A program made the position numbers and the translations under genes. Shown piece by piece: positions 9,008 through 19,252 of a DNA stretch of 64,000 bases (the first letter of the stretch is position 1; every line of letters starts with the position of its first letter). A model generated the notes under the pieces. The model was given only the letters and a program-made list of their open reading frames with translations, was not told the DNA's origin and did no database searches. Source of the DNA: an uncultured Gammaproteobacteria bacterium (GTDB taxonomy: Bacteria > Pseudomonadota > Gammaproteobacteria > UBA9214); the NCBI GenBank assembly GCA_963748215.1, contig CAVVHS010000007.1, forward strand, positions 352,001 through 416,000. Direction: 5' to 3'.

Positions 9008-9715
9008 TTGCATACAGTCAAACTGATCGTGATGCTGGTATTGCTGGCTGGCGCGACGGGGTGCGCAGCACTCAGGCCATCTGCCGACGGGGCAAGCGAT
9101 GCTGTTGCCGGGACGGTCACTGAACCCACGGCTACCGGCTGGTGGTATGCACGTTTCAGCATTGCCCGTCCCGATGGCGAGGCGCCGCGCTGGCATATCG
9201 ACAGCCTGCTGGGTGGTGAAGTGATTGCACCGATGTTCGATCGCAATTACCAGGACATCATGATCTGGCGCGTGCACCGGCGTGCCGGCGACGACGCCTA
9301 CGGTCACGTGTTCAGCTTCATCTTCTACAGCACCGCCGCAGCTGCACAGCGTATCTACACCGACCTGGAAAACAATCCCGTGCTGCGCAAGCTCCGGCAG
9401 GATGGCACAGTGACCGGTGTCGATTACGATGACCTCACCACGATTACACGACCACGCATCGAGGATACCAGCGACGCAAGCTGGTCGCCGGTAGTGCAGG
9501 AGAGCTGGCCGGCATTTGCCATGGGCGCAAGCCGCATGTGGCTGGACATGGTGGGTGTGATTGCCGACGGGCTCGCCGACGAGCCCGACCTGGAACAGCG
9601 CTATCGCGCCGTACAGCAGGAGGTCGACACAATCTGGGCCAGCCAGGGCCAGCATGCCATGCTGCATCATCTGAGCGCGGTGTTCGGCTACCAGCCCTTG
9701 CTCATTACCTATTGA
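9008..9715 (+). CDS. Hypothetical lipoprotein
   Basis: Hydrophobic N-terminus with ATGC lipobox-like motif; host-like codon usage. Confidence 0.7.
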   Translation: MHTVKLIVMLVLLAGATGCAALRPSADGASDAVAGTVTEPTATGWWYARFSIARPDGEAPRWHIDSLLGGEVIAPMFDRNYQDIMIWRVHRRAGDDAYGHVFSFIFYSTAAAAQRIYTDLENNPVLRKLRQDGTVTGVDYDDLTTITRPRIEDTSDASWSPVVQESWPAFAMGASRMWLDMVGVIADGLADEPDLEQRYRAVQQEVDTIWASQGQHAMLHHLSAVFGYQPLLITY

Positions 9716-9738
9716 TTACCAGACAGGACAGGACGCAC

Positions 9739-9960
9739 ATGCAATGGCTCGACCGTATACCGTTTGCCCTGCTGTTGCCGCTGGCCGTGGTGCTGGCGCT
9801 GGCGCCTTTTACGCCGGAGCCTCATCTACTCGAAAAGCTCAGGATGCTGTTCAGCGGCACGCTCACCCGTCCCGTCGACATCTTCGACCTGATCCTGCAC
9901 GGGACGCCCCTGCTGCTGGTGATCCTGAAGCTGACCGTGCGCGGGCGCGGCCGGGGTTGA
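9739..9960 (+). CDS. Small two-helix membrane protein
   Basis: LAPFTPEPHLLEKL...DIFDLILHG conserved-looking motif; AGGA RBS. Confidence 0.7.
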   Translation: MQWLDRIPFALLLPLAVVLALAPFTPEPHLLEKLRMLFSGTLTRPVDIFDLILHGTPLLLVILKLTVRGRGRG

Positions 9961-9980
9961 CCGTCAGGGTGTAGCGAGTA

Positions 9981-10208
9981 TCAGCTGCTGCAACAGCAGC
10001 CGGTAGGACAGGTCAATGACATCGTGGGCGCAGCGGACGGGTAGAAGTCGCAGAGCGAGTCGCAACAAGGGGTTGTTGTTGGCGATCTATCTCCACCATC
10101 GAAGTCCCCATACGCCGTACGGCGTGTCGAAGCGGAGAGAACAGGCCTGCGGTATCGTACATCAGGCATGGAAACCGTTGTTACGGGCATCGGTTCGCTT
10201 GTTCTCAT
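9981..10208 (-). CDS. Small hypothetical protein with Cys-rich C-terminus
   Basis: GGAGGT RBS 4 nt before ATG; 75 aa ending CCDSLC...CPTGCCCSS. Confidence 0.35.
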   Translation of the reverse strand: MRTSEPMPVTTVSMPDVRYRRPVLSASTRRTAYGDFDGGDRSPTTTPCCDSLCDFYPSAAPTMSLTCPTGCCCSS

Positions 10209-10480
10209 GCCTACCTCCGGACGGGCGATAGCCCACCAAACAAAAAAGCCTGACAGTCTGATGATTTCAGCATTTTTAATGCATTTATCCCGAATCGGGG
10301 TGTGCCCATCGCGCCGCGAGAGCGATCACTGCTTTCTGCAACCTGTTTTTGACGTTGGTCTTCACAGGCCGGGGCTTCTATACTGTTTGTCTACCGCTGA
10401 GAGATAGTAAAAAAAGCGCGTGCACTATGGTGGCGGAGTGTCCAGATAACAAAAATCTACAGGCTTTCGGCAGGAGCAGT

Positions 10481-10957
10481 ATGATGCAGCGGATAACAAG
10501 GAATTTCCTCCTGACCGGATCCAGACTGACCCTTGCGGCCTTTCTGTTATTGCATGACGGTCTGGCACGGGCGGGAGACGGCGGGGATCAATCGCTCACA
10601 GGCAGCATGCCCGCAGGCTCGCCGGAAACAGCGGTGCAGGCCCCGATCGCTGCGCAGGGTCTGCGCGTGTACCGCGATCCAAAAACGGGGCAGCTCGGCT
10701 CACCGCCTCCCGTTCAGGCGCCGTCTGTCCTGACAACCGCGGAGCAGCGCATGCTGAACCGCTCTGACCAGGGCTTGCAATCGCGCACCCTGCCGGGCGG
10801 GGGTGTTGCCGTCAATCTCCAGGGACGCTACAGGAGTATGGCTGTGGCAACGGTCGGCGCCGATGGGCAGGCTGCAGTGAGCTGTGCACTCACGCCGGCG
10901 CAGGCCGCGGCGGCCCTGCAGCCGGGCGAGCAGACTGTGGTCGGGCCAGCGGACTGA
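10481..10957 (+). CDS. Secreted small protein (post-PEP-CTERM-1-like), translationally coupled to the peptidase
   Basis: AGGAG RBS, signal peptide, VYRDPKTGQL...GGVAVNLQGRY...VSC; TGATG stop/start overlap. Confidence 0.65.
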   Translation: MMQRITRNFLLTGSRLTLAAFLLLHDGLARAGDGGDQSLTGSMPAGSPETAVQAPIAAQGLRVYRDPKTGQLGSPPPVQAPSVLTTAEQRMLNRSDQGLQSRTLPGGGVAVNLQGRYRSMAVATVGADGQAAVSCALTPAQAAAALQPGEQTVVGPAD

Positions 10958-12432
10958 TGCAGCGGCATCCGGGCTATGCCGGTTTGATCATCTGGCTGTT
11001 GCCGGTAGTGCTGGCGTGTCTGGTCGCAGCGTCGCCGGCTCTGGCGGCCAACTTCGTGATTAATAATCTGGACGACCCCGGCGAGGGCTTCAACGACTCC
11101 ACACCGGTTGCTCCCGTGGGCGGCAATGACGGGACCACCCTGGGACAGCAGCGTCTTAACCTGTTCCAGAAGGCGGCGGAGATCTGGGGGGCGGCCATCG
11201 AGAGTGCCGTGCCGATCGTCATCCAGGCGAGCTTCGATCCCTTGACCTGCTCTGCCAATTCCGCCGTTTTGGGTTCTGCGGGGACCATTGAGATTTTCAG
11301 CGACTTCCCCGGCGCACCCGAGCCGAATACCTGGTACCACGGCGCACTGGCCAATGCGATTGCCGGCTTCGATCAAAATCCGACCATGGATGATATCAGC
11401 GCGACCTTCAACAGCGACATCGACAACAATAGCAGCTGCATGTCCGGGAGCAACTGGTACCTCGGCTACGACCACAATCACGACAGCGATATCGACCTGC
11501 TGGCGGTGCTGCTGCACGAGTTCGCTCACGGCCTTGGATTTTCAAATTTCACTGACGAGTCTACTGGATCCTTCTTGCTAAACCGGCCTGACATTTTTTC
11601 ATACTTTACATTCGACAACACAATTGGTCTGCACTGGGATGAGATGAACAACACCCAGCGCAGTTTCTCCGCCACCAATACCGGCAACGTGGTATGGGAC
11701 GGCCCTGCTGTCCTTGCCGGTGTTGCGGGGTTTCTCACCAGCGGTACCGACCCGTCCGGCCATGCACGGCTATATGCCCCCAATCCGGTTCAGTCCGGCT
11801 CGTCGATTTCGCACTTCGACACCGTGGCTAATCCGAATCTCCTCATGGAACCCATCCTTACGTCGAATCTCGGTTCGGATCTCGATCTCACCGATGAGCA
11901 GCTGGTCGACGTGGGCTGGACCTCTGCGGACTCGGACGGTGACGGTGTGGCGAATACCGTGGACAACTGTCCGCAGGACCCGAACCCCGACCAGGCCGAT
12001 ACCGACGGCGACGGAGCGGGAGATGCCTGTGACAGCGACATCGACGGCGACGGACTGGACAACGCGACGGAGCTCTTGCTGGGAACAGACCCGGGGAATC
12101 CCGACAGCGATGGTGACGGACTCACTGACGGTGAGGAGGTGAATCTTTACACGACCGATCCGCTGAATCCCGATAGTGACGGCGATTACCTGGTCGATGG
12201 AGAGGAGGTCAATCTATACGGATCCGATCCCAACCATGATGACACCGGCGACCTGGCGCCGCGCGGTAATCCCGATGGTTCGCTGAATGCCGGCGACCTG
12301 ATGGTGTTGATGCGACTGGTGACGGCACTGGAAACGCCCGATGCGCGTGAGACGTTGCTGGCAGATATCAATCATGACGGCCTGCTGAATGCAGCTGACA
12401 TCCTGCTGCTTATGGCAACGCTTGGCCTGTAG
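10957..12432 (+). CDS. Secreted zinc metallopeptidase with thrombospondin type-3 Ca-binding repeats and a dockerin-like C-terminus
   Basis: Signal peptide, LLHEFAHGLGF (HExxH), SISHFD...LLMEP, DSDGDG/DNCP repeats, paired EF-hand-like DGSLNAGD / ADINHDGLLNAAD. Confidence 0.8.
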   Translation: MQRHPGYAGLIIWLLPVVLACLVAASPALAANFVINNLDDPGEGFNDSTPVAPVGGNDGTTLGQQRLNLFQKAAEIWGAAIESAVPIVIQASFDPLTCSANSAVLGSAGTIEIFSDFPGAPEPNTWYHGALANAIAGFDQNPTMDDISATFNSDIDNNSSCMSGSNWYLGYDHNHDSDIDLLAVLLHEFAHGLGFSNFTDESTGSFLLNRPDIFSYFTFDNTIGLHWDEMNNTQRSFSATNTGNVVWDGPAVLAGVAGFLTSGTDPSGHARLYAPNPVQSGSSISHFDTVANPNLLMEPILTSNLGSDLDLTDEQLVDVGWTSADSDGDGVANTVDNCPQDPNPDQADTDGDGAGDACDSDIDGDGLDNATELLLGTDPGNPDSDGDGLTDGEEVNLYTTDPLNPDSDGDYLVDGEEVNLYGSDPNHDDTGDLAPRGNPDGSLNAGDLMVLMRLVTALETPDARETLLADINHDGLLNAADILLLMATLGL

Positions 12433-12731
12433 GTACCGGCCCTGGCTTGCATTACCCGCTGGTATTTTCGATCAGTTGTGCCCATTCAGCAATAAACTAC
12501 GGAACAGTCAGCATGAGCTAGTAACCGTCTCCAGCTACCAGCGTTGCTTTTTCCGTAAACCTTGCAGTGGTGCAGGCCGCGTGGTGATTTCCATACCGCT
12601 ATTACCTTCTATTTCAACATGCTGGCGGTGAACGCCGCACCAGCAGGCCGGCTGCCTGAAAATATGAGATAATGCCCAGCTTTACGTTTGCCGGGGCAGT
12701 CCCGGGCGAGCATCAACCGACAGGATATACC

Positions 12732-14340
12732 GTGATCTCTACCGCCAATATCACCATGCAGTTCGGGGCGAAGCCCCTGTTCGAAAACGTCTCGGTGCGC
12801 TTCGGCGCGGGTCATCGTTACGGCCTGATCGGTGCCAATGGCTGCGGCAAGTCGACCTTCATGAAAATACTCGGCGGCGATCTCGAGCAGACTGCCGGCA
12901 CGGTCAGCATCGACGAGAACGAACGGGTCGGCAAGCTGCGCCAGGACCAGTTTGCCTTCGAGGAATTTACCGTCATCGATACCGTCATCATGGGGCATGA
13001 GGCGCTGTGGACTATCAAGCAGGAGCGCGACCGGCTCTACTCACTGCCGGAGATGAGCGAGGACGAGGGCATGCGCGTTGCAGACCTGGAAGTGCACTTT
13101 GCCGAACTCGACGGCTACAGCGCCGAGTCACGCGCGAGCGAGCTGCTGCTGGGCCTGGATATTCCGCTCGAGCAGCATAACGGCCTGATGTCGTGCGGTG
13201 GCGCCGGGCTGGAAGCTGCGGGTGCTGCTGGCGCAGGCGCTGTTTGCCGATCCGGACATCATGCTGCTGGACGAGCCGACCAACAACCTCGATATCAACA
13301 CCATTCGCTGGCTGGAAGGCGTGCTGAACGAACGCAACAGCACCATGATCATCATCTCGCATGACCGGCACTTCCTGAACAGCGTCTGTACCCACATGGC
13401 GGACCTCGACTACGGCGAGTTGCGTATCTACCCGGGTAATTACGATGAGTACATGACCGCGGCCACCCAGGTCCGCGAGCGCATGTATGCCAACAATGCG
13501 AAGAAAAAGGCCCAGATCGCCGAATTGCAGACCTTCGTCAGCCGTTTCTCGGCCAATGCCTCGAAGGCCCGGCAGGCGACCTCGCGTGCGCGCCAGATCG
13601 AGAAGATCAAGCTCGAGGAGATCAAGCCATCCAGCCGGGTGAACCCCTATATCCGTTTCGAGCAGGCGAAGAAGCTGTACCGACTGGCGCTGGACGTCGA
13701 GGGCCTGAGCAAGTTCTGGGGCGAGCAGCGTATCTTCGACCGACTCGACCTGAAGATCGAGGCAGGCGAGCGCGTGGCCATCATCGGCGCCAACGGAATC
13801 GGCAAGACGACCCTGCTGCGCACCCTGGCCGGCGACCTGGAGAAAGACCAGGGCCGGCTGAAATGGTCCGACAACGCGGAACTCGGTTACTTCGCCCAGG
13901 ATCATGCGGACGAGTTCGACAGCGACATGAGCCTGTTCGAGTGGATGAGCCGCTGCGGCAGGGAGGGGGACGACGAGCAGGTCATCCGCGGCACGCTCGG
14001 GCGCCTGCTGTTTTCGCAGGACGAGATCAACAAGCCGGTCAGGGTGGTTTCCGGTGGCGAGCAGGGCCGCATGCTGTTCGGCAAGCTCATGCTGCAGCAG
14101 CCTAACGTCATGCTGATGGACGAGCCGACCAATCACCTCGACATGGAATCGATCGAGTCGCTGAATCTGGCGCTGGAAAACTATCCGGGTACACTGATCT
14201 TCGTCAGTCATGACCGGGAATTCGTGTCGTCGCTGGCGACGCGGATCATTGAAATGAAGCCGGACGGTGTGGTCGATTTCAACGGCAACTACGAGGAGTA
14301 CCTGCGCAGCCAGGAACTCGCGATGAAAAAGGCGGGTTAA
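12732..14340 (+). CDS. ybiT: ABC-F family ATPase (YbiT-like); one +1 frameshift near 13195
   Basis: Walker A GANGCGKS and GANGIGKT, two DEPT motifs; split between ORFs 12672..13364 and 13198..14340 at the expected [10 protein letters not shown] signature. Confidence 0.85.
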
Positions 14341-14391
14341 CGTATATGCCGGCGCCGCTGCACCTGTGCCTCTGAAACAGGAACGATTGCG

Positions 14392-14769
14392 ATGACCAAT
14401 ATCATGGGTGTATTGCTCAACGGCATTGCCCAGCTGGAGTACGACCGCGACAAGCTGCTGCCGGAACATCAGCTGGCCTACCTGGATCGCATGGATGCGA
14501 AGATGGACAGTGGCATCCTGATCGGTACCGAGACCGTCCACAACCCCGACCTGAACCAGCGCACCCAGTTTGCGGCCGCCAACCTGGTGCATGCACTGCA
14601 GACGGCCGACGAGGCCACGGCAGCGGCCATGTGCAGCTACCTGGCCATCCGTCTGCCCGATCTCAAGCAGGTGCGCATCGAGGATGACGATGACAATGTC
14701 ACCGTCGAGTTCGTCTTCGACGAGGCCTACCGCAAGCAGGTAGTGGTGGATTTCAAGCCGCTGCACTGA
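14392..14769 (+). CDS. Conserved hypothetical protein
   Basis: 125-aa ORF, AGGA RBS, host-like codon usage. Confidence 0.7.
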   Translation: MTNIMGVLLNGIAQLEYDRDKLLPEHQLAYLDRMDAKMDSGILIGTETVHNPDLNQRTQFAAANLVHALQTADEATAAAMCSYLAIRLPDLKQVRIEDDDDNVTVEFVFDEAYRKQVVVDFKPLH

Positions 14770-14977
14770 GTGCGCGGCGCGACGGTGCCCGCTCGCGTGT
14801 CACGGGCGACCTGCCTTTTATAATATAAAAATACAACGATAACAGCAATTAGAGAAATAATAATATTATTGACATTAACTTGTACCTGGCGGGTTCGCTG
14901 CTTTTAAACGGCGGATTCGCTACTATATGCACGCGCCGGCGACATGCGTCCCGGCGTCAAGGAATTCGGAGGAGATT

Positions 14978-17900
14978 ATGGATTTTGCCCTGGCACTCGG
15001 GATGAACAAGGCGTCGGAAACACCCGAGGCAGAACGTGAAAAGGTGCAGCTCTACATCAACCTGAAGCTGGCATCCTCCGGCCAGCCGACCTGCATTCCG
15101 CCGGAATCCGCACGCCTGTTCGGCATCACGCGGGACCTGTTGCGCAGCTACCGTGAAAAGAACCGCCTGCTGTCCAGTTACCAGTGCCCGGTCGACAGAC
15201 GCATCCAGGATTTCCTCAACCGCTACCTGGCAGAGACCGGCACGGAGCAGGCACCCATGCTGCCAACCCAGACCTTTGTGCTCGACCGGCACGGCGTGGC
15301 GCGTGAGCTGTCGCTGCCGATGGGCAGGAACGAGTTTCATTCCGACATCGTGTCCAGCTATCGCGTGGAGCAGGGCGTGCTGCACAACCCGGCCAGTGAC
15401 CGGCGCACCACCAAGGGCTCGTTTCATATCGCCGAGGGCGGCCTGCCGATCCCCGGCGACAAGAAGGCGGTACCGAAGCAGACGTTTGCTCGCATGCTGG
15501 AGCGGGCGCTGGTGCCGACCGATGAGCTGCTGACCATCCCGTTCACCGCCGGGCTGGCCGTGCCGGCGCGCATGTTCGTCTCGCTGCTGCTCAGGCCGAC
15601 GGTGTGCCCCGAGGTGCCGGGCATGCAGCCGGAGAAGACCATGGAAGTGCGTTTCTTCGCGCCAGGCAACCTGGTCAGCAACCTGGACTTTGTGGAAAGC
15701 ATTTTCGGCAACGGCGGGAATCCGCAGCTGGCTGAAATCGATGCGGCACTCGATGTCGATCACTGGACCGGCACCACCGGTTGCGTGATCCTGGCGCCGC
15801 ACCTGGTCGGCATGACCAAGCGCGAGGCAGGGCTGCCTCAATGGAGTCAGGCCACGTCAGGCCAGAAGCGGGACGGCATGTGCTGGAAAGACGAAACAGA
15901 GCTCTACAACGACGGCGAGGCCTTCAAACTGACCGCACGCGACGCCTCCGGTGTGGTGGTGACCCTGCTGGCGGACAACTACTTCGGCTACTGCAAGAAG
16001 GAAGTGAAGACGCAGATCGGCTTTTCGGCCAACCTGATCGGGCTTGCCGAGGAGGAGCATGCCGGCGGGGCGCTGGCATTTGCGCGCCGCAATCACGGCG
16101 AGGAGTTTGGTGTCGACAGCCGCACCTACACTATCCCGGGTTATTCCTTCGACGACATGGTCGAACGCTATGGCGCGATGATGGACGTGCAGCCTGAAGG
16201 TTATGCCGTGGATCGCAATTATCCGCAAATCATCTACCTGCCGCAGAAACTGCGTATGGACCTTAACGCGCAGACCATCAGCTGGGAACACGACGGTGAG
16301 TTGCAGACCATCCGCCTGCAACCGGAAAGAATCTACATGCAACCGAACGGCTATCGCGTCGAGATGGAAAAGCACCCGGGCGCCCCGTCCTGGCGCCTGG
16401 TGGGTACGAGCGCGGATGGCACCTTCTGTCACAAGCCCAGCACGGTATCCGGCGGCGGCAAGTCCGAGATTTCCAAGTCGCTGAACGACGCGGTGATCTA
16501 CCGTCCCCTGTTTATCGATGATCTCGACAAGGACCTCGCGCAGGTACAGGAAATCTTCTCGCGCGACTATACGTCGCGCTTCAAGCCGGGTTTCGAAGGC
16601 GAGGACCGCGATGCCACGCGCAAGCCGCTCAGTCCCGAACGCAGCCTCGGGTCGGTGATCAAGTTGCTGACGCCGACTTCCCTGTACACCGACGACTACA
16701 ACGCCTGGCTGGCCTCGATCTCGCCGCGAATACTGGCGCTGGTTTACCTGATCAAGCGCTTCTACCGTACCGAATGGGGCGATAACTGGCGCAGCCACCT
16801 GTCGGTCGACGAGGTCGATGGCGCGCCGGCGCATGAGCTGAAACTCGATGACCGGAACATCATCGCATCCTACCTGCGCGTCGGCTTCGACAAGGGCGGC
16901 AAGTGGCGCACCTTCAAGCTGCGTCAGGACTACATCGCCACAGAGAAGGTACAGATGGAGGACGATATCTCCGCGTCCGTGGTGGTGCCGGCGAAGTGCA
17001 TCGAGGGCTGCGGTCCGCAAACGCGCGGCGATCACAGCGTCAAGCTGGTCAAGAACTGCGAATACCGCCTGTTCCAGCGTCCGGACGATGCCATCCATCC
17101 CGGTTTCGACAAGCAGACCGAGCTGGAGATGTCGCAGCCCGGCAACTTCATGGCCAATTACCAGCCACTGGGCAGGGATCACCTCGCCAACCTCGTGGAA
17201 GACGTGCACATCTTCTACAAGTACAGTGCGCCCATGCAGGGGTTGTTGCGCACGGCCTATGAAAAAGGCAGCGAATTCACCGTATCATCCGCACATCCGC
17301 GCATGGTCGACGGTGCGCCATCGAAGAACCCGCGCTATCTGCAGGTGCGCCCCGACCTGGTCCGGCCGGAGCGGAAGTACCTGGCCGAGATGGGCACGCG
17401 TCTGCAGCGCAAGCTGGATGCGCAGGCGCTGATCTGTTATCCGGTCGATGCGGTGCTGGCCGGGCGGCGCAACAACCCGCCGGAACCTGGCATCCGGCCG
17501 CTCGCGGTGTACAACCCGATCCATTACCAGGAACTGCCCGAACTGTTCATGGATTTCGTCTGCAGCCTGACCGGCAAGTCGCCGTCCACGACGGGGGCCG
17601 GCTCCGAAGGCGCGCTGACCAAGGGGCCATTCAACGCGCTGCGACCGACTGCCGACCTGAACAACGCGCTGGTGTCCATGATTCTGACCGGCCATGCCGG
17701 TTTTTCCAGTTCGGCCGGTTACGTCGGGCCGTACGTGCGGGTCGATCACGACATCAGCCTGCTGATCCCCGAAATCTGGGCACGTCTGTCGCTGGAGGAG
17801 CGTGAGCCCGCCTGGCTGATCGAGAAGGGATTCCTGGAACAGCTGGAAGACTTCGATCACGGCGGCAAGCGGGTGCTGGCGAGCCGGCTCGGGTATCGCA

Positions 17901-18598
17901 TCACCCAGCGTTTCGTGCACGGGTTCCTCGGCAAGATCTTCGACAACCCGGACGCGGTGTTCACTGACGAGATACTGAAACCGGAGATCCAGGATTTCGA
18001 GGTCTATGTCGATGGCATCAACAACATTGTCGAGGCACAGCAGCGCGTGGCGCTGCAGTATCTCGAGGACGGCAGCATCGAGGATGCCTGTCCGCCGCTG
18101 CAGGCGCTGCTGCTGGTGATGGCGACAGGCAAGTACGCGGGCATGGATGCGCATCACCCGGATTTCCGCGCCATGTTCACGCGCGAAAGCCTGCTGGCAT
18201 CGGACTGGTACAAGGAACGGCTGGAGACCAAGCAGCAGCGTGACATCGCGCTGTGGCAGCGTCATACCGCCAGCCTGCAACAGTTCCTCGATCTCGAGAT
18301 CTACGCCGACGAGGCCGAGCGTCTCGCCATCCCCGAGCGATTGCAGCATGCCCGGCTCAAGCTGCAGGCGGTGGAGAGTCCGGAATACCTGCAGAAACTG
18401 GTCGGCACCCTGGGCGCCGATCCGCTCGGACCGGCCCGGGTCATGCAGGAACAGCGCATCGTAGACTGGGGCAGGGCCAGGCTCTCACCGAGTTTCAGCA
18501 GCAATACCGGCCAGGAACCACAGGCAGCCGCGACCTACCGGGTGCCGTCGCTGCTGGAACGCTTAACCTCGCGCTTCAAGCGGGCACGCGCCAACTAG
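14978..18598 (+). CDS. Pyrophosphate-dependent phosphoenolpyruvate carboxykinase (PPi-PEPCK) family protein
   Basis: ~1200 aa; GVLHNPASDRRTTKGSFHIAEGGLPIP, DNYFGYCKKEVKTQ, CHKPSTVSGGGKSEISK, TGKSPSTTGAGSEGALTKGPFN; GGAGGAG RBS. Confidence 0.82.
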   Translation: MDFALALGMNKASETPEAEREKVQLYINLKLASSGQPTCIPPESARLFGITRDLLRSYREKNRLLSSYQCPVDRRIQDFLNRYLAETGTEQAPMLPTQTFVLDRHGVARELSLPMGRNEFHSDIVSSYRVEQGVLHNPASDRRTTKGSFHIAEGGLPIPGDKKAVPKQTFARMLERALVPTDELLTIPFTAGLAVPARMFVSLLLRPTVCPEVPGMQPEKTMEVRFFAPGNLVSNLDFVESIFGNGGNPQLAEIDAALDVDHWTGTTGCVILAPHLVGMTKREAGLPQWSQATSGQKRDGMCWKDETELYNDGEAFKLTARDASGVVVTLLADNYFGYCKKEVKTQIGFSANLIGLAEEEHAGGALAFARRNHGEEFGVDSRTYTIPGYSFDDMVERYGAMMDVQPEGYAVDRNYPQIIYLPQKLRMDLNAQTISWEHDGELQTIRLQPERIYMQPNGYRVEMEKHPGAPSWRLVGTSADGTFCHKPSTVSGGGKSEISKSLNDAVIYRPLFIDDLDKDLAQVQEIFSRDYTSRFKPGFEGEDRDATRKPLSPERSLGSVIKLLTPTSLYTDDYNAWLASISPRILALVYLIKRFYRTEWGDNWRSHLSVDEVDGAPAHELKLDDRNIIASYLRVGFDKGGKWRTFKLRQDYIATEKVQMEDDISASVVVPAKCIEGCGPQTRGDHSVKLVKNCEYRLFQRPDDAIHPGFDKQTELEMSQPGNFMANYQPLGRDHLANLVEDVHIFYKYSAPMQGLLRTAYEKGSEFTVSSAHPRMVDGAPSKNPRYLQVRPDLVRPERKYLAEMGTRLQRKLDAQALICYPVDAVLAGRRNNPPEPGIRPLAVYNPIHYQELPELFMDFVCSLTGKSPSTTGAGSEGALTKGPFNALRPTADLNNALVSMILTGHAGFSSSAGYVGPYVRVDHDISLLIPEIWARLSLEEREPAWLIEKGFLEQLEDFDHGGKRVLASRLGYRITQRFVHGFLGKIFDNPDAVFTDEILKPEIQDFEVYVDGINNIVEAQQRVALQYLEDGSIEDACPPLQALLLVMATGKYAGMDAHHPDFRAMFTRESLLASDWYKERLETKQQRDIALWQRHTASLQQFLDLEIYADEAERLAIPERLQHARLKLQAVESPEYLQKLVGTLGADPLGPARVMQEQRIVDWGRARLSPSFSSNTGQEPQAAATYRVPSLLERLTSRFKRARAN

Positions 18599-18617
18599 AC
18601 GCTCCGGTCAAGTCGCG

Positions 18618-18803
18618 ATGGCGGACGTCATACGCTTCAGGAAACCGACAGCGGCCGACAAGGCGAAGGGCAACACGCTGTGCCGGCGTGGTTTCCACAA
18701 GTGGGTACTGGTGAACGAAAACCCGTTCGACAGCAAGCAGGGCAGGCTGGTGACCGGCTACCGCTGCAGCCGCTGCGGTGTCCTGAAGACGACGGTCCGC
18801 TGA
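18618..18803 (+). CDS. Small Zn-ribbon-like hypothetical protein
   Basis: LCRRGFHKW...YRCSRCG. Confidence 0.7.
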   Translation: MADVIRFRKPTAADKAKGNTLCRRGFHKWVLVNENPFDSKQGRLVTGYRCSRCGVLKTTVR

Positions 18804-18809
18804 CGTTAC

Positions 18810-19229
18810 ATGCTGGTCATTTCACGCAATGTCTCGATCCCGGAACATGAAATCGAACTGACGGCGATCCGCGCACAGGGCGCCGGCGGGCAGAATGTCA
18901 ACAAGGTCGCGTCCGCGATTCACCTGCGGTTCGATATCAAGGCCTCCTCGTTGCCGGATTTCTACAAGCATCGTCTGCTGCAATTGAGCGACCGGCGCAT
19001 CACCGCCGACGGCCAGATCATCATCAAGGCGCAGCGCTTCCGCACCCAGGAGCAGAATCGTGCCGATGCCCTGGCACGCCTGCAGGAACTGGTCAAGGAT
19101 GCCGGGGTCATGCAGCGCCGGCGCGTGCCGACACGGGCGACCAACGCCTCGAAACAGCGCAGGCTTGATACCAAGACGCGGCGTGGCCGCGACAAGCAGA
19201 TGCGCGGCAAGGTGAAAGCGGATGACTGA
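18810..19229 (+). CDS. arfB: Alternative ribosome rescue peptidyl-tRNA hydrolase ArfB
   Basis: GAGGQNVNK motif and basic C-terminal tail. Confidence 0.93.
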   Translation: MLVISRNVSIPEHEIELTAIRAQGAGGQNVNKVASAIHLRFDIKASSLPDFYKHRLLQLSDRRITADGQIIIKAQRFRTQEQNRADALARLQELVKDAGVMQRRRVPTRATNASKQRRLDTKTRRGRDKQMRGKVKADD

Positions 19230-19252
19230 TGGTGTGTCGTGGTGAAAATCCA

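Noticed and set aside
13185-13205. Frameshift in the ybiT ABC-F gene as programmed recoding or pseudogenisation
   Set aside because: A single extra base with no slippery motif, and both halves are intact; similar +1 indels occur in ppsA, so sequencing error is more likely. Needs a read check.
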